NCBI GenBank assembly: GCA_964421575.1
Contig: CAYQXI010000025.1
Coordinates: forward strand, 1 to 42,997
DNA length: 42,997 nucleotides
Source: an uncultured Nitrosopumilales archaeon
Lineage (GTDB): Archaea > Thermoproteota > Nitrososphaeria > Nitrososphaerales > JAAOZN01
Direction of reading: 5' to 3'
Below the pieces are notes generated by a model. That model did not search any database, had not been told where the DNA came from, and saw nothing but the letters and a program-made list of their open reading frames with translations. Position numbers and translations under genes: made by a program. Every line of letters begins with the position of its first letter. Positions within the stretch are counted from its first letter, which is position 1. Of this stretch, positions 1 through 8,440 are shown in pieces.

Positions 1-1337
1 CGGCGTCCCCACTCCGATCAGGGGCGCCAGGCTTGTCCGCCCCCCTGACAGGTATGCCAGTTGTGAGGCTTGGCAAGGGGGAGGAGCAGAAGCCGATGAG
101 AGCCTTACACAAAGGGCTTATCGTCACAACTATAATGTGTGCGGTACTCTTTTATGTCGCTATACAACTCCTCTTCGGCTCACAACCGGGCGGCATCTAC
201 CTATACTTCTCTATGCTCGCTGGTCTAGCGGCAAGCATCCTCGTTCAAGTTATAACAGACTACTACACAGGCAGGGAGAGAGGCCCTGTTAGGCGGATAG
301 CCGATGCATCCCAGACCGGGGCAGCAACCAACCTGATAACAGGCTTCTCAGTTGCTCTTGAGACAACCGCCTTACCTATAGCCTCGCTAGGAGCCTGTCT
401 GCTAATCGCCTACTACTTTGGCACACTTTTTGGCGCAGCGAACCCAGAGTGGGGCGCGCACGCATATCTTATGGGTGGCGTCTATGGCACCACTTTAGCG
501 ACGATGGGTATGCTTGCTGTGATGGGTATGGTTCTAGCTTTAGACGGCTTCGGACCAATTGCGGACAACGCAGGAGGAATAGCTGAGATGTCTGGGCAGA
601 CGGGGATAGATGAAAGCATGGAGGCTCTCGACGCCGTTGGAAATACAACAAAAGCTCTAACCAAGGGCTTTGCTATGGGAAGCGCTCTGTTAGCCGCTCA
701 GCTGCTCTTCCAAGCCTACATCGAAGCAGCAAATGAGTACCTAAAGAGCCTAAACCTCCCCCTGATCAAGCTTGATCTCAGCAACCCTGTTGTGCTGGTT
801 TCAACGCTCATAGGAGCGATGCTGCCCTTCATCTTCTCAGCATTCGCCATCAAGGCTGTCGGTTCGGCTGCAAAAGAGATGGTTAACGAAGTAAGAAGGC
901 AGTTCAGAGAAATCCCAGGTCTGATGGAGGGTAAGGCAAAACCGGAATACGATAAAGCTGTAGATATCAGCACCAGAGCGGCGCTGAAGGAGATGGTTCC
1001 ACCAGGTCTACTAGTTGTGGTGGCTCCGATCGTCGTAGGTGTGCTTTTAGGTTGGAGTGCTGTAGGTGCTCTAGTCATAGGTGCAACCTTAGCTGGTATA
1101 CCGCTAGCCATACTCATGAATACAGGTGGCGCAGCCTGGGACAACGCCAAGAAGTTCATCGAAGCTGGGAACCTAGGGGGCAAAGGCTCACCTGCACACG
1201 CAGCAGCAGTAGTTGGAGACACGGTAGGCGACCCTATGAAAGACACAGCAGGCCCATCACTACACGTGTTAATCAAACTGCTGAACACGCTCTCGATACT
1301 CTTCATACCGCTCTTCGTAGGGATACTCGGGCTATGA
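1..1337 (+). CDS. hppA: membrane-bound ion-translocating pyrophosphatase (V-PPase), C-terminal ~445 codons; the 5' end lies outside the window
   Basis: The frame is open back to base 1, with no stop upstream of the listed start at 33. It is a polytopic membrane protein with V-PPase signatures GPVRRIADASQTGAATNLI, GPIADNAGGIAEM, GGAWDNAKK and VGDTVGDPMKDT. Confidence 0.93.
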   Translation, partial: ASPLRSGAPGLSAPLTGMPVVRLGKGEEQKPMRALHKGLIVTTIMCAVLFYVAIQLLFGSQPGGIYLYFSMLAGLAASILVQVITDYYTGRERGPVRRIADASQTGAATNLITGFSVALETTALPIASLGACLLIAYYFGTLFGAANPEWGAHAYLMGGVYGTTLATMGMLAVMGMVLALDGFGPIADNAGGIAEMSGQTGIDESMEALDAVGNTTKALTKGFAMGSALLAAQLLFQAYIEAANEYLKSLNLPLIKLDLSNPVVLVSTLIGAMLPFIFSAFAIKAVGSAAKEMVNEVRRQFREIPGLMEGKAKPEYDKAVDISTRAALKEMVPPGLLVVVAPIVVGVLLGWSAVGALVIGATLAGIPLAILMNTGGAAWDNAKKFIEAGNLGGKGSPAHAAAVVGDTVGDPMKDTAGPSLHVLIKLLNTLSILFIPLFVGILGL

Positions 1338-1339
1338 AC

Positions 1340-1377
1340 TTCTGAGGCATGGTCTCAGAACCTCTCTAACAATTTTT
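1340..1377. terminator. hairpin plus T-run between convergent hppA and the nitroreductase gene
   Basis: A 7-bp perfect stem TTCTGAG (1340-1346) / CTCAGAA (1354-1360) with a 7-nt loop begins 3 nt after the hppA stop. A TTTTT run follows at 1373-1377. Confidence 0.4.
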
Positions 1378-1383
1378 GTGTCT

Positions 1384-1986
1384 CTACACAGCTCCACCTA
1401 CCTTAAGTAGTAGAAGAGGCTCTTCCTTTAACTCCAGCATCGCCTTCACAGCAGAGGCTGATTTAATCAAGACTGGTTCGCAGATGAGGTTAAGTGACGC
1501 GCACTCGACCATAGCGTTAAGAGCGGCGTGACCCACCTCATTATGCACATACATAATACCCCTTTCACCGTACTTCACAGTAGTCCGAGAGTAGATTGCG
1601 CATATAAGAAGGTAGAGGGAGGATTCACCTTGCTCAAGACCCAACAGCTTTGCAACGTCAGCAAAATAGTCCCCCCTCTTGATTAAGGTTAATGTTTCCT
1701 CCACCGGATCATAGTGATAGACACCTTGGCTCAACCCATCAACACCCTCAGCGTCAACAACCGCATAAACTTCAAGTGGATATAGCCCGCCTGCTGATGG
1801 TGCCGATCTCAGCGGATAGATCCACCCCGAATCCCTCTTCGTTACACCTTGGGTAGCCCACAGAACTCTACCTAACTCACCTAAGCTGAGCTTTTTACGT
1901 TTTGATGTTCGGCTAGAATTAACTTTTTCCAGAGCTTCGGTGAGGCTCAGATTTCCAGATGGTAAGTTAGAGAGGGGTATGCTCAA
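1384..1986 (-). CDS. SagB-type / nitroreductase-fold flavoprotein, no signal peptide
   Basis: Motif LRSAPSAGGLYPLEVY, then GVYHYDP, KYGERG and a C-terminal fold pattern typical of SagB-type dehydrogenase domains. Its start overlaps the stop of the upstream paralog by 4 nt. Confidence 0.75.
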   Translation of the reverse strand: MSIPLSNLPSGNLSLTEALEKVNSSRTSKRKKLSLGELGRVLWATQGVTKRDSGWIYPLRSAPSAGGLYPLEVYAVVDAEGVDGLSQGVYHYDPVEETLTLIKRGDYFADVAKLLGLEQGESSLYLLICAIYSRTTVKYGERGIMYVHNEVGHAALNAMVECASLNLICEPVLIKSASAVKAMLELKEEPLLLLKVGGAV

Positions 1987-2672
1987 ACACGGTCACCCAC
2001 TGGTATTATGTAGAGAGGTGTCTTTGTTGTGTTGAAAATCTCCTTTACTCTATCGTCATAGAAGGCGCCTATCACTACACATCCAAGCCCTAATCCTACG
2101 GCAGCCAGATACACCCTTTCACCTAAAATACCAGCACACAGATGGGGTAGCTCAACGACACCTTCTTGCAGCACACCACCCTTAAGATCCGAGAAGAGGA
2201 CGATGTTAAAACAGGCTTCCTCAACCCACACTTGGTTTACCGCCGCTGAAGCCAGCTCCTTAAGGAAGCTACCTTCGCGAAGCATCTTGAGAGCGTGCTC
2301 ATCTCTGAGATAAAGGTAGATGCCCGCTGGCACACCTTCAACCCTACCTTCACCAACAGCAACATACACAACAATTTCGTTAAGCACTGTTTGAAGAGCA
2401 CCATACCCATTTCCCGCTCTGCTGAACGAATAGAAGAGTAGCTGGCTGAACCTAACTAGATCTATTGGATGCTTATACTCCCGAATAGACCGTCTCCTCT
2501 GAATAGCTTCTTCTACTAGCATAGAGATCCTGGGAGGCTTGGGTAGCTCTATAACCTCACCATCCAACCACTCTTTCCTCTGAGGGGTAAGTATGAGTAG
2601 TGCTGAGAGTGCCGCTATAATAGAGGAGGCTAATAGCAATATACTCTTAATGAAGCGCCTCCTCCCAACCAT
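1983..2672 (-). CDS. nitroreductase-fold protein with N-terminal twin-arginine (Tat) signal or anchor
   Basis: The N-terminus MVGRRRFIKSILLLASSIIAALSALLIL carries an RRxFIK Tat consensus plus a hydrophobic h-region. It is followed by RRRSIREY and a VVIGAFYD...PLYIIPVG nitroreductase-like core. Confidence 0.7.
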   Translation of the reverse strand: MVGRRRFIKSILLLASSIIAALSALLILTPQRKEWLDGEVIELPKPPRISMLVEEAIQRRRSIREYKHPIDLVRFSQLLFYSFSRAGNGYGALQTVLNEIVVYVAVGEGRVEGVPAGIYLYLRDEHALKMLREGSFLKELASAAVNQVWVEEACFNIVLFSDLKGGVLQEGVVELPHLCAGILGERVYLAAVGLGLGCVVIGAFYDDRVKEIFNTTKTPLYIIPVGDRV

Positions 2673-2969
2673 CCATCTAGAAGATGGTCTCTCCTATTAA
2701 ATAAACTTAAAATTAAAAGGAGGGGTTGTGATCAGTATTAGAGGTGCTGAGGAGCTTAGAAGGGTGAAGAGGGGAACGAATGTTGGAAGCCTTTAAGAAC
2801 ATCGAGAAGGTTGTGGAAGAGCTTGAAAAGACACCTATACAAGTTCCCAAAGGGTTTTCAGCAGCCCTAATTAGGGAAGATCGTGACCGCGATAGCAGTT
2901 GACAAGTTTGTTAGCCTCACTTTAATCTAGTAGCTCTTTAATAGCCTTCAGCACTATATGTGGTGTGGA

Positions 2970-4727
2970 ATGGAGTACGGCTTAATCGCTCAAGCGTACG
3001 AGAAGATGGAGGAGACGACAAAGAGGCTCGATCTAACAGCCTACTTGGTCGAGTTATTCAAGGCTACGCCTATTGAGATCCTAGATAAAGTCATCTACTT
3101 GACGCAAGGCAAGCTTTACCCAGACTACATGGGTGTGGAGATAGGGGTGGCGGATAAACTCGCGTTAAGAGCTATCGCCAACATAACCGGGCTATCACTA
3201 GAGAGAGTTGAGGAGTACTATAAGCAGAAAGGCGACATAGGTGCCGTAGCCCAAGACCTATTGGCAAACAAGAAGCAGCAGACACTCTTCTCCGAGCCCC
3301 TAACAGTAGAAAGAGTTTATGCAACTTTAGAGAAGATAGCTAAAGCAAGCGGCCCGGGGAGCCTCGATTTAAGGTTGGGTTATCTTCAGAGCCTACTTAA
3401 CGATGCAACACCTATCGAGGCGAAGTATCTTCTACGCACAGTAACGGGTAAGCTTAGGCTCGGCATCGCAGACTACACGGTATTGGATGCGTTAGCGGTA
3501 GCGTTCACAGGGGATAAGGCGAATCGAGTATATCTTGAGAGGGCATATAACCTCTCTAGCGACTTAGGTAGCGTCGCCAAAGCGGTCGCTCAAGAAGGAT
3601 TAGAGGGGGTGCTGAAGTTTAAGATTCAGATCGGTAAGCCTGTCAGACCTATGTTGGCTGAGAGACTCGAGTCTGCTGAGGCGATTATTGAGAAGATGGG
3701 TGGCGAGTGTGCTGTTGAGTATAAGTTGGACGGGGAGAGGCTTCAGATACACAAAAGAGATTCTGAGGTCAGCCTCTTCTCTCGGAGGCTTGAAAATATA
3801 ACAGCACACTACCCAGATGCCATAGATCTTGTTGTGAAACACGTCAAAGCTAGGGAAGCGATCCTAGATGGTGAAGCCGTTGCTATAAACGAGGATACGG
3901 GCGAATACCTACCGTTCCAAGAAATTATGCATAGGAGGAGGAAGTATGGTATAGAGGAGGCGATGAGAGAGTACCCGATTTCACTAAACTTATTCGATAT
4001 ACTCTACCTCGAAGGAGAGGATCTCACACAAAAACCCTACCTTGAGAGGAGGAAGATCCTCGAAGAGGTCACCGAGAAGACTGAGAGAATAACCATAGTA
4101 CCAGCGATCATAACAGCGGATCCTCAGAAGATCGAAGAGTTTATGCAACAAGCCATCCTCGAAGGATGCGAGGGGATCGTAGCCAAAGATCTGAAGAGCA
4201 GCTACAGAGCCGGGGCAAGAGAGTTCGCTTGGATAAAGCTGAAGAGAGAGTACAAGAGCGAGCTGACGGACACAATAGACCTAGTCATCGTAGGAGCCTT
4301 CTACGGAAGGGGTAGGAGGGCTGGCAGATACGGAGCCTTCCTCCTAGCAGCCTACGATAAAGATGAAGACGTATTTAAGACGGTATGCAAGGTGGGTACT
4401 GGTTTCACAGACGAAGATCTGGCGAAGTTTCCTGAAATCCTCCAACCATACAAGATACCGAATAGGCACGCTAGGGTTGAATCAAAGATAGACGCTGATG
4501 CTTGGTTTGTACCAAAGGTGGTTATAGAGGTCATAGCTTCAGAGGTCACCTTAAGCCCAGTCCACACCTGCGCCATGAATGTGATTAAGAAGGGCGCTGG
4601 GTTAGCGCTCAGATTCCCCAAGTTTACTGGTAGGTTGAGGGACGATAAGGATGCTGAAGACGCTACGACCGTTCAAGAGATAGTGGAGCTGTATAGGTCT
4701 CAGCTGAAGAAGATAGTTGAGGAGTAA
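2970..4727 (+). CDS. lig: ATP-dependent DNA ligase (archaeal/eukaryotic type)
   Basis: Adenylation motif EYKLDGERLQIH (KxDG), plus EGIVAK, AWIKLKREY and LRFPKF. The listed ORF starts at 2958; MEYGLIAQAYEK at 2970 fits archaeal ligase N-termini and follows a GGTG. Confidence 0.95.
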   Translation: MEYGLIAQAYEKMEETTKRLDLTAYLVELFKATPIEILDKVIYLTQGKLYPDYMGVEIGVADKLALRAIANITGLSLERVEEYYKQKGDIGAVAQDLLANKKQQTLFSEPLTVERVYATLEKIAKASGPGSLDLRLGYLQSLLNDATPIEAKYLLRTVTGKLRLGIADYTVLDALAVAFTGDKANRVYLERAYNLSSDLGSVAKAVAQEGLEGVLKFKIQIGKPVRPMLAERLESAEAIIEKMGGECAVEYKLDGERLQIHKRDSEVSLFSRRLENITAHYPDAIDLVVKHVKAREAILDGEAVAINEDTGEYLPFQEIMHRRRKYGIEEAMREYPISLNLFDILYLEGEDLTQKPYLERRKILEEVTEKTERITIVPAIITADPQKIEEFMQQAILEGCEGIVAKDLKSSYRAGAREFAWIKLKREYKSELTDTIDLVIVGAFYGRGRRAGRYGAFLLAAYDKDEDVFKTVCKVGTGFTDEDLAKFPEILQPYKIPNRHARVESKIDADAWFVPKVVIEVIASEVTLSPVHTCAMNVIKKGAGLALRFPKFTGRLRDDKDAEDATTVQEIVELYRSQLKKIVEE

Positions 4728-4798
4728 ACTCAATTTATGCAACAGAATCTTCCGTCACATCTAAATATGAGCTCGAAGCATTAAAAGATAGATGTAAT

Positions 4799-5179
4799 TT
4801 GTTGCTGCCCTCAGAAGTAGAAGCGAAGACGATCATACCCACCCTACGCTCTCTAATAGCCAAGAAGCTGGTTAACACTTATCATCTACCCCAACAGAAG
4901 GTGGCTGAGCTGCTTGGCATAACGCAGGCTGCGGTAAGTAACTACATTAGAGAGGTAAGGGGGGTAAGCGCCTCGCTTGAGGGCTCAGAAGAAGTGCAGA
5001 AGCTTGTTGATGAAATAGTCAAAGCGATACTACAAGGAGTAGACCAACTAACCCTAATGAAGAAGTTCAACGATGCTGTAGCAACCATAAAAGCTAAACG
5101 CCTCATGTGTGGCTTACACCAAAAACTTGAACCCGACTTGGATGTCGAGAAATGCCATATCTGTAGTCCCAACGCATAA
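4799..5179 (+). CDS. small HTH transcriptional regulator with C-terminal Cys/His cluster (COG2522-like)
   Basis: LPSEVEAKTIIPTLRS...QQKVAELLGITQAAVSNYIR is an XRE-like HTH. The C-terminus carries CGLH...CHIC. Confidence 0.6.
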   Translation: MLLPSEVEAKTIIPTLRSLIAKKLVNTYHLPQQKVAELLGITQAAVSNYIREVRGVSASLEGSEEVQKLVDEIVKAILQGVDQLTLMKKFNDAVATIKAKRLMCGLHQKLEPDLDVEKCHICSPNA

Positions 5180-5221
5180 ACCTAAAACCATTTTTATATC
5201 CATTTTGCGTGACACATTTAC

Positions 5222-5345
5222 GCCGGGGTGGCAGAGCGGAAACTAAGCCACAGATGCGTCGGCCTCGAGATCAACACAGCAGAAAAATGGGCTAGATAGC
5301 CGATGGCCCCTGCGGGCCTCGTGGGTTCAAATCCCACCCCCGGCG
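5222..5345 (+). tRNA. tRNA-Ser(CGA), class II, with a ~28-nt intron at the canonical 37/38 site and 8 extra nt in the D-arm/anticodon-stem junction
   Basis: Acceptor GCCGGGG/CCCCGGC plus discriminator G. T-arm GTGGG-TTCAAAT-CCCAC. Long variable arm GGCCC-CTGC-GGGCC. Anticodon stem TCGGC (5259-5263)/GCCGA (5299-5303) with loop CTCGAG..A interrupted by 5270-5297. Confidence 0.85.
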
Positions 5346-5378
5346 CTACTTCTAGCACAAGAAGTGATATTATATTGT

Positions 5379-5782
5379 TTAGATAGTTTCGGGTTTGATG
5401 CATATCAAGCCGGGTACTCTTCCGTAAGATTGGTCAAATGAGATAATTTTTCTATCGAGAGTAAGCGCGGTTGCAGCGTAATGTGAGTCGAAGAAGTTTA
5501 AGTTGAGAGTCTGCCTTAAATACACACTAGCAACAGCTACGTCTGGTGTTAACGCAACATATCTTACGTTTGGTAGTGCTGCTAAGGCTGCCAAGTCTTT
5601 CAGTAGATGCTCTCCCCTCTTCTCGCTTCTATAGATTAGCTCCATTTCGATCAAGCTGATACTTGAGATCTCCACGACTAACTCACCCTTTCTGATCTTC
5701 TCAAAATTCTTTCAGCAACAGTATGGTTAGGGTCGTACTCGTTCAAATATGCGAAGACTACGTCGTTTTCTAACAGCGGCAC
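5379..5782 (-). pseudogene. vapC: PIN-domain toxin (VapC-like) split by a 1-nt frameshift
   Basis: The N-terminal piece is (GTG 5782) MPLLENDVVFAYLNEYDPNHTVAERIL..., stopping at 5678-5680. The rest, ..EKIRKGELVVEISSISLIEMELIY...FFDSHYAATAL...ISFDQSYGRV, is in another frame (listed ORF 5379..5675). The break is at the A4/T4 run 5703-5706. Confidence 0.7.
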
Positions 5783-5789
5783 GCGTCCA

Positions 5790-6043
5790 TCAACCTCTCT
5801 CCCTCTTCACCTCGTTTTCAGCGATTCGCTCCGCTTGTCTCCTCAGCTCTTTAAACGATTTCTTAACGTTAAATGCACCATGCAGTGTTTGAAAGGGATC
5901 AGACGGTAGCGGGATTATTTTAAGATGATCTCCCGCATTTATGAGTAAGACTTTCCCTCTGACGTTAAGGGTTTCCCGGATCTTTTTGGGAGCGTTAACC
6001 TACCTTTATCATCTACCTCTAGGATACTAATATTCCCACCCAT
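5790..6043 (-). pseudogene. vapB: AbrB/SpoVT-type antitoxin (VapB-like) split by a 1-nt frameshift
   Basis: The ATG at 6043 gives MGGNISILEVDDKGRLTLPK, then the frame is lost at the A5 run (T5 run 5983-5987 on the + strand). The adjacent frame continues KIRETLNVRGKVLLINAGDHLKIIPLPSDPF...ENEVKRERG, stopping at 5790-5792, 8 nt upstream of the vapC start. Confidence 0.7.
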
Positions 6044-6113
6044 CTTATGCTGTCTTTTAGGTGGGATTTAAGATTTAAGCTTTGCAAAGTGGGAGATCAA
6101 AAAATTGGGACAA

Positions 6114-8012
6114 TCATAATGTGTTTTTGAAGTATAGGCAAGCAAGCGGTGGAAGTGTTAATGTGAGAGAATATCTTCGACCGTGGTAGGCTTCTTCTTT
6201 GGCTTCTACGCCGCCCAAGTTCCCCCAGCCGCTTCCACCATACTCTCTAGCATCAGTATTGAGTATTTCTTTCCAGAAGCCTCCCTTAGGTGCACCTATC
6301 TTATAACGTTCTCTAGGAACTGGTGTGAAATTACACACAACTAGTATTATGGTTTTGGATGCTGGGTCTTTTCTGATGAAGCTTATTACGCTCTGCTCCC
6401 AGTCGCCGAAATCTATCCATTCGAACCCCTGTGGGTCGAAGTCCGTTCTATGTAAAGCTGGTTCGCTTCGATATATTCTGTTAAGATCCTTCACCAGCCT
6501 CTGAACCCCTTGGTGTTCGAAGTGGTTCAGAAGGTGCCAATCTAAGCTTCGATCGTGGTTCCACTCAGCCCACTGACCAAATTCGCCACCCATAAACAGG
6601 AGCTTCTTCCCCGGATGAGCGTACATGTAGGCGTAGAGGAGCCTTAGGTTTGCGAACTTCTGCCAGTTGTCTCCGGGCATCTTGGCGAGGAGAGAGCCCT
6701 TACCGTAGACCACTTCGTCGTGCGATAGAGGTAGGATGTAGTTTTCTGAGAAGGCGTACCAGATGCTGAAGGTTATCTGGTTGTGGTGGTATTTGCGGTA
6801 TATGGGGTCTTTAGAGAAGTAGGAGAGTGTGTCGTGCATCCAACCCATATTCCACTTTAACCCAAACCCCAACCCACCAACATAGGTTGGTCTGGTCACC
6901 ATAGGCCAAGCGGTCGACTCTTCGGCTATCGTCTGCGTGTCGGGGTAGAATCTGTAAACGGCCTCGTTAAGCTCCTTTAGGAAGGAGATCGCCTCAAGAT
7001 TCTCCTTACCCCCATAGATATTCGGTACCCACTCGCCTTCTTTTCGTGAGTAGTCTAGGTAGAGCATAGAGGCTACCGCGTCAATCCTCAACCCATCTGC
7101 GTGGTATTTGTCGAGCCAGAAGAGTGCGCTACTTATGAGGAAAGATCTGACCTCATTCTTCCCATAATCGAAGATGTAGCTGTTCCAATCTGGGTGGTAG
7201 CGTTTCCTCCAATCTTCATACTCATATAGGTGTGTGCCATCAAAGTAGACTAGCCCGTGCTGGTCGGTTGGGAAGTGCGAGGGGACCCAATCTAATATTA
7301 CACCTACACCTTCTTTGTGAAGCCTATTCACCAAATACATGAAGTCCTGCGGCTGCCCATATCTGCTGGTAGGAGCAAAGTAGCCTGTTATCTGATAGCC
7401 CCAGCTTCCGTAAAAAGGGTGTTCCATTATAGGCAGTAGCTCTACGTGTGTGAAGCCCATCTCCTTTACGTATGCGCTCAGCTGCTCAGCTACCTCACGG
7501 TATGTCAGCCATCTACCCCACTCTCCTCTCCTCCACGAACCTAGATGAACCTCGTATATGGATATGGGTGAGGAGAGGGAATTGCGCTCCCCTCTGGTCT
7601 TCATCCATTCTTCATCACCCCACTTGTAATCCAGATCCCAGACTATGGATGCTGTCTTCGGAGGGGTCTCAAAGAGGAATGCATAGGGGTCTGCTTTATC
7701 TACACAATATCCACTTCTCGACACTATCCGATACTTGTATAATTCGCCTACACCTATCTTTGGTATGAAGCCCTCCCAGATGCCCGAATTATCTTGCCGC
7801 TTGTAGAGCCTATGCTCAGGTTGCCAAGAGTTGAAGCCACCTATTACATAGACTTCGCTCGCATTGGGTGCGTAGACCGCAAAGTAAACGCCTCTTTCAC
7901 CACCTAAACTAACTGTATGTGAGCCTAGCTTCTCGTAGAGCCTATAGTGCCTACCTTGCTTAAATAGGTAGATATCATAGTCACTCAGCAGGGTGTGTTC
8001 AACAACTCCCAA
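6114..8012 (-). CDS. glgB: 1,4-alpha-glucan branching enzyme, GH13 (bacterial GlgB type)
   Basis: Strong GlgB signatures: [57 protein letters not shown] and [15 protein letters not shown]. Confidence 0.93.
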   Translation of the reverse strand: MGVVEHTLLSDYDIYLFKQGRHYRLYEKLGSHTVSLGGERGVYFAVYAPNASEVYVIGGFNSWQPEHRLYKRQDNSGIWEGFIPKIGVGELYKYRIVSRSGYCVDKADPYAFLFETPPKTASIVWDLDYKWGDEEWMKTRGERNSLSSPISIYEVHLGSWRRGEWGRWLTYREVAEQLSAYVKEMGFTHVELLPIMEHPFYGSWGYQITGYFAPTSRYGQPQDFMYLVNRLHKEGVGVILDWVPSHFPTDQHGLVYFDGTHLYEYEDWRKRYHPDWNSYIFDYGKNEVRSFLISSALFWLDKYHADGLRIDAVASMLYLDYSRKEGEWVPNIYGGKENLEAISFLKELNEAVYRFYPDTQTIAEESTAWPMVTRPTYVGGLGFGLKWNMGWMHDTLSYFSKDPIYRKYHHNQITFSIWYAFSENYILPLSHDEVVYGKGSLLAKMPGDNWQKFANLRLLYAYMYAHPGKKLLFMGGEFGQWAEWNHDRSLDWHLLNHFEHQGVQRLVKDLNRIYRSEPALHRTDFDPQGFEWIDFGDWEQSVISFIRKDPASKTIILVVCNFTPVPRERYKIGAPKGGFWKEILNTDAREYGGSGWGNLGGVEAKEEAYHGRRYSLTLTLPPLACLYFKNTL

Positions 8013-8098
8013 ATCGCTCTGAGGAAAAGGCTATGTTTGCTTAGAAATAAATGCTGCGTAATCCGCTAAACAGATCTTGTCACCACCCAGCATACCTT

Positions 8099-8314
8099 TT
8101 ATCTTTCGTCTTCTTGGAATTGAAGCACTAAAACGTTTTCGCTACCACATCTTAAGCAGAACGGCTTGGGGTAAGGGTAGCACTTTTCAGGAGGTAGGCA
8201 GCAGACCCCTTGGCTGCGGCAGTCATTACAGTAGATTTTGAAGACAAGTATGCGTGGTGCTGTAACTGGGCATCTCTGCGAAACCTTGCATAGTGTGCAG
8301 AGACCTGTTCGCAT
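8099..8314 (-). CDS. hypothetical Cys-rich small protein (possible zinc ribbon)
   Basis: 71 codons with 11 Cys, including CTLC, CNDC and CLRC pairs. No family recognised. Confidence 0.35.
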   Translation of the reverse strand: MRTGLCTLCKVSQRCPVTAPRILVFKIYCNDCRSQGVCCLPPEKCYPYPKPFCLRCGSENVLVLQFQEDER

Positions 8315-8440
8315 TTTTCCGCACCTATATAGATACAGTAGGAGTCTGGTGTAATATAAGGTTCATCCTAATATCGAGTGCAAGGGGGAAAGGCTTAAAG
8401 TGATATGGGTGTGTGGGTAAATGAGTAGATTAGGCTTAGG

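Noticed and set aside
716-1306. 196-aa ORF on the minus strand inside hppA (also 469..651, 482..664 and 1052..1345)
   Set aside because: It is antisense or out of frame to a very well supported V-PPase gene. The composition is low-complexity Ser/Ala/Pro-rich, typical of shadow ORFs.
5218-5403. 61-aa minus-strand ORF
   Set aside because: It overlaps the tRNA-Ser gene almost completely. The 70-aa ORF 30255..30467 likewise overlaps the tRNA at 30392..30483.
8013-8440. Search for a direct repeat of the tRNA-Ser 3' end (att-like site) bounding the vapBC/glgB islet
   Set aside because: No match longer than a few bases was found by eye, so no mobile-element boundary is claimed.
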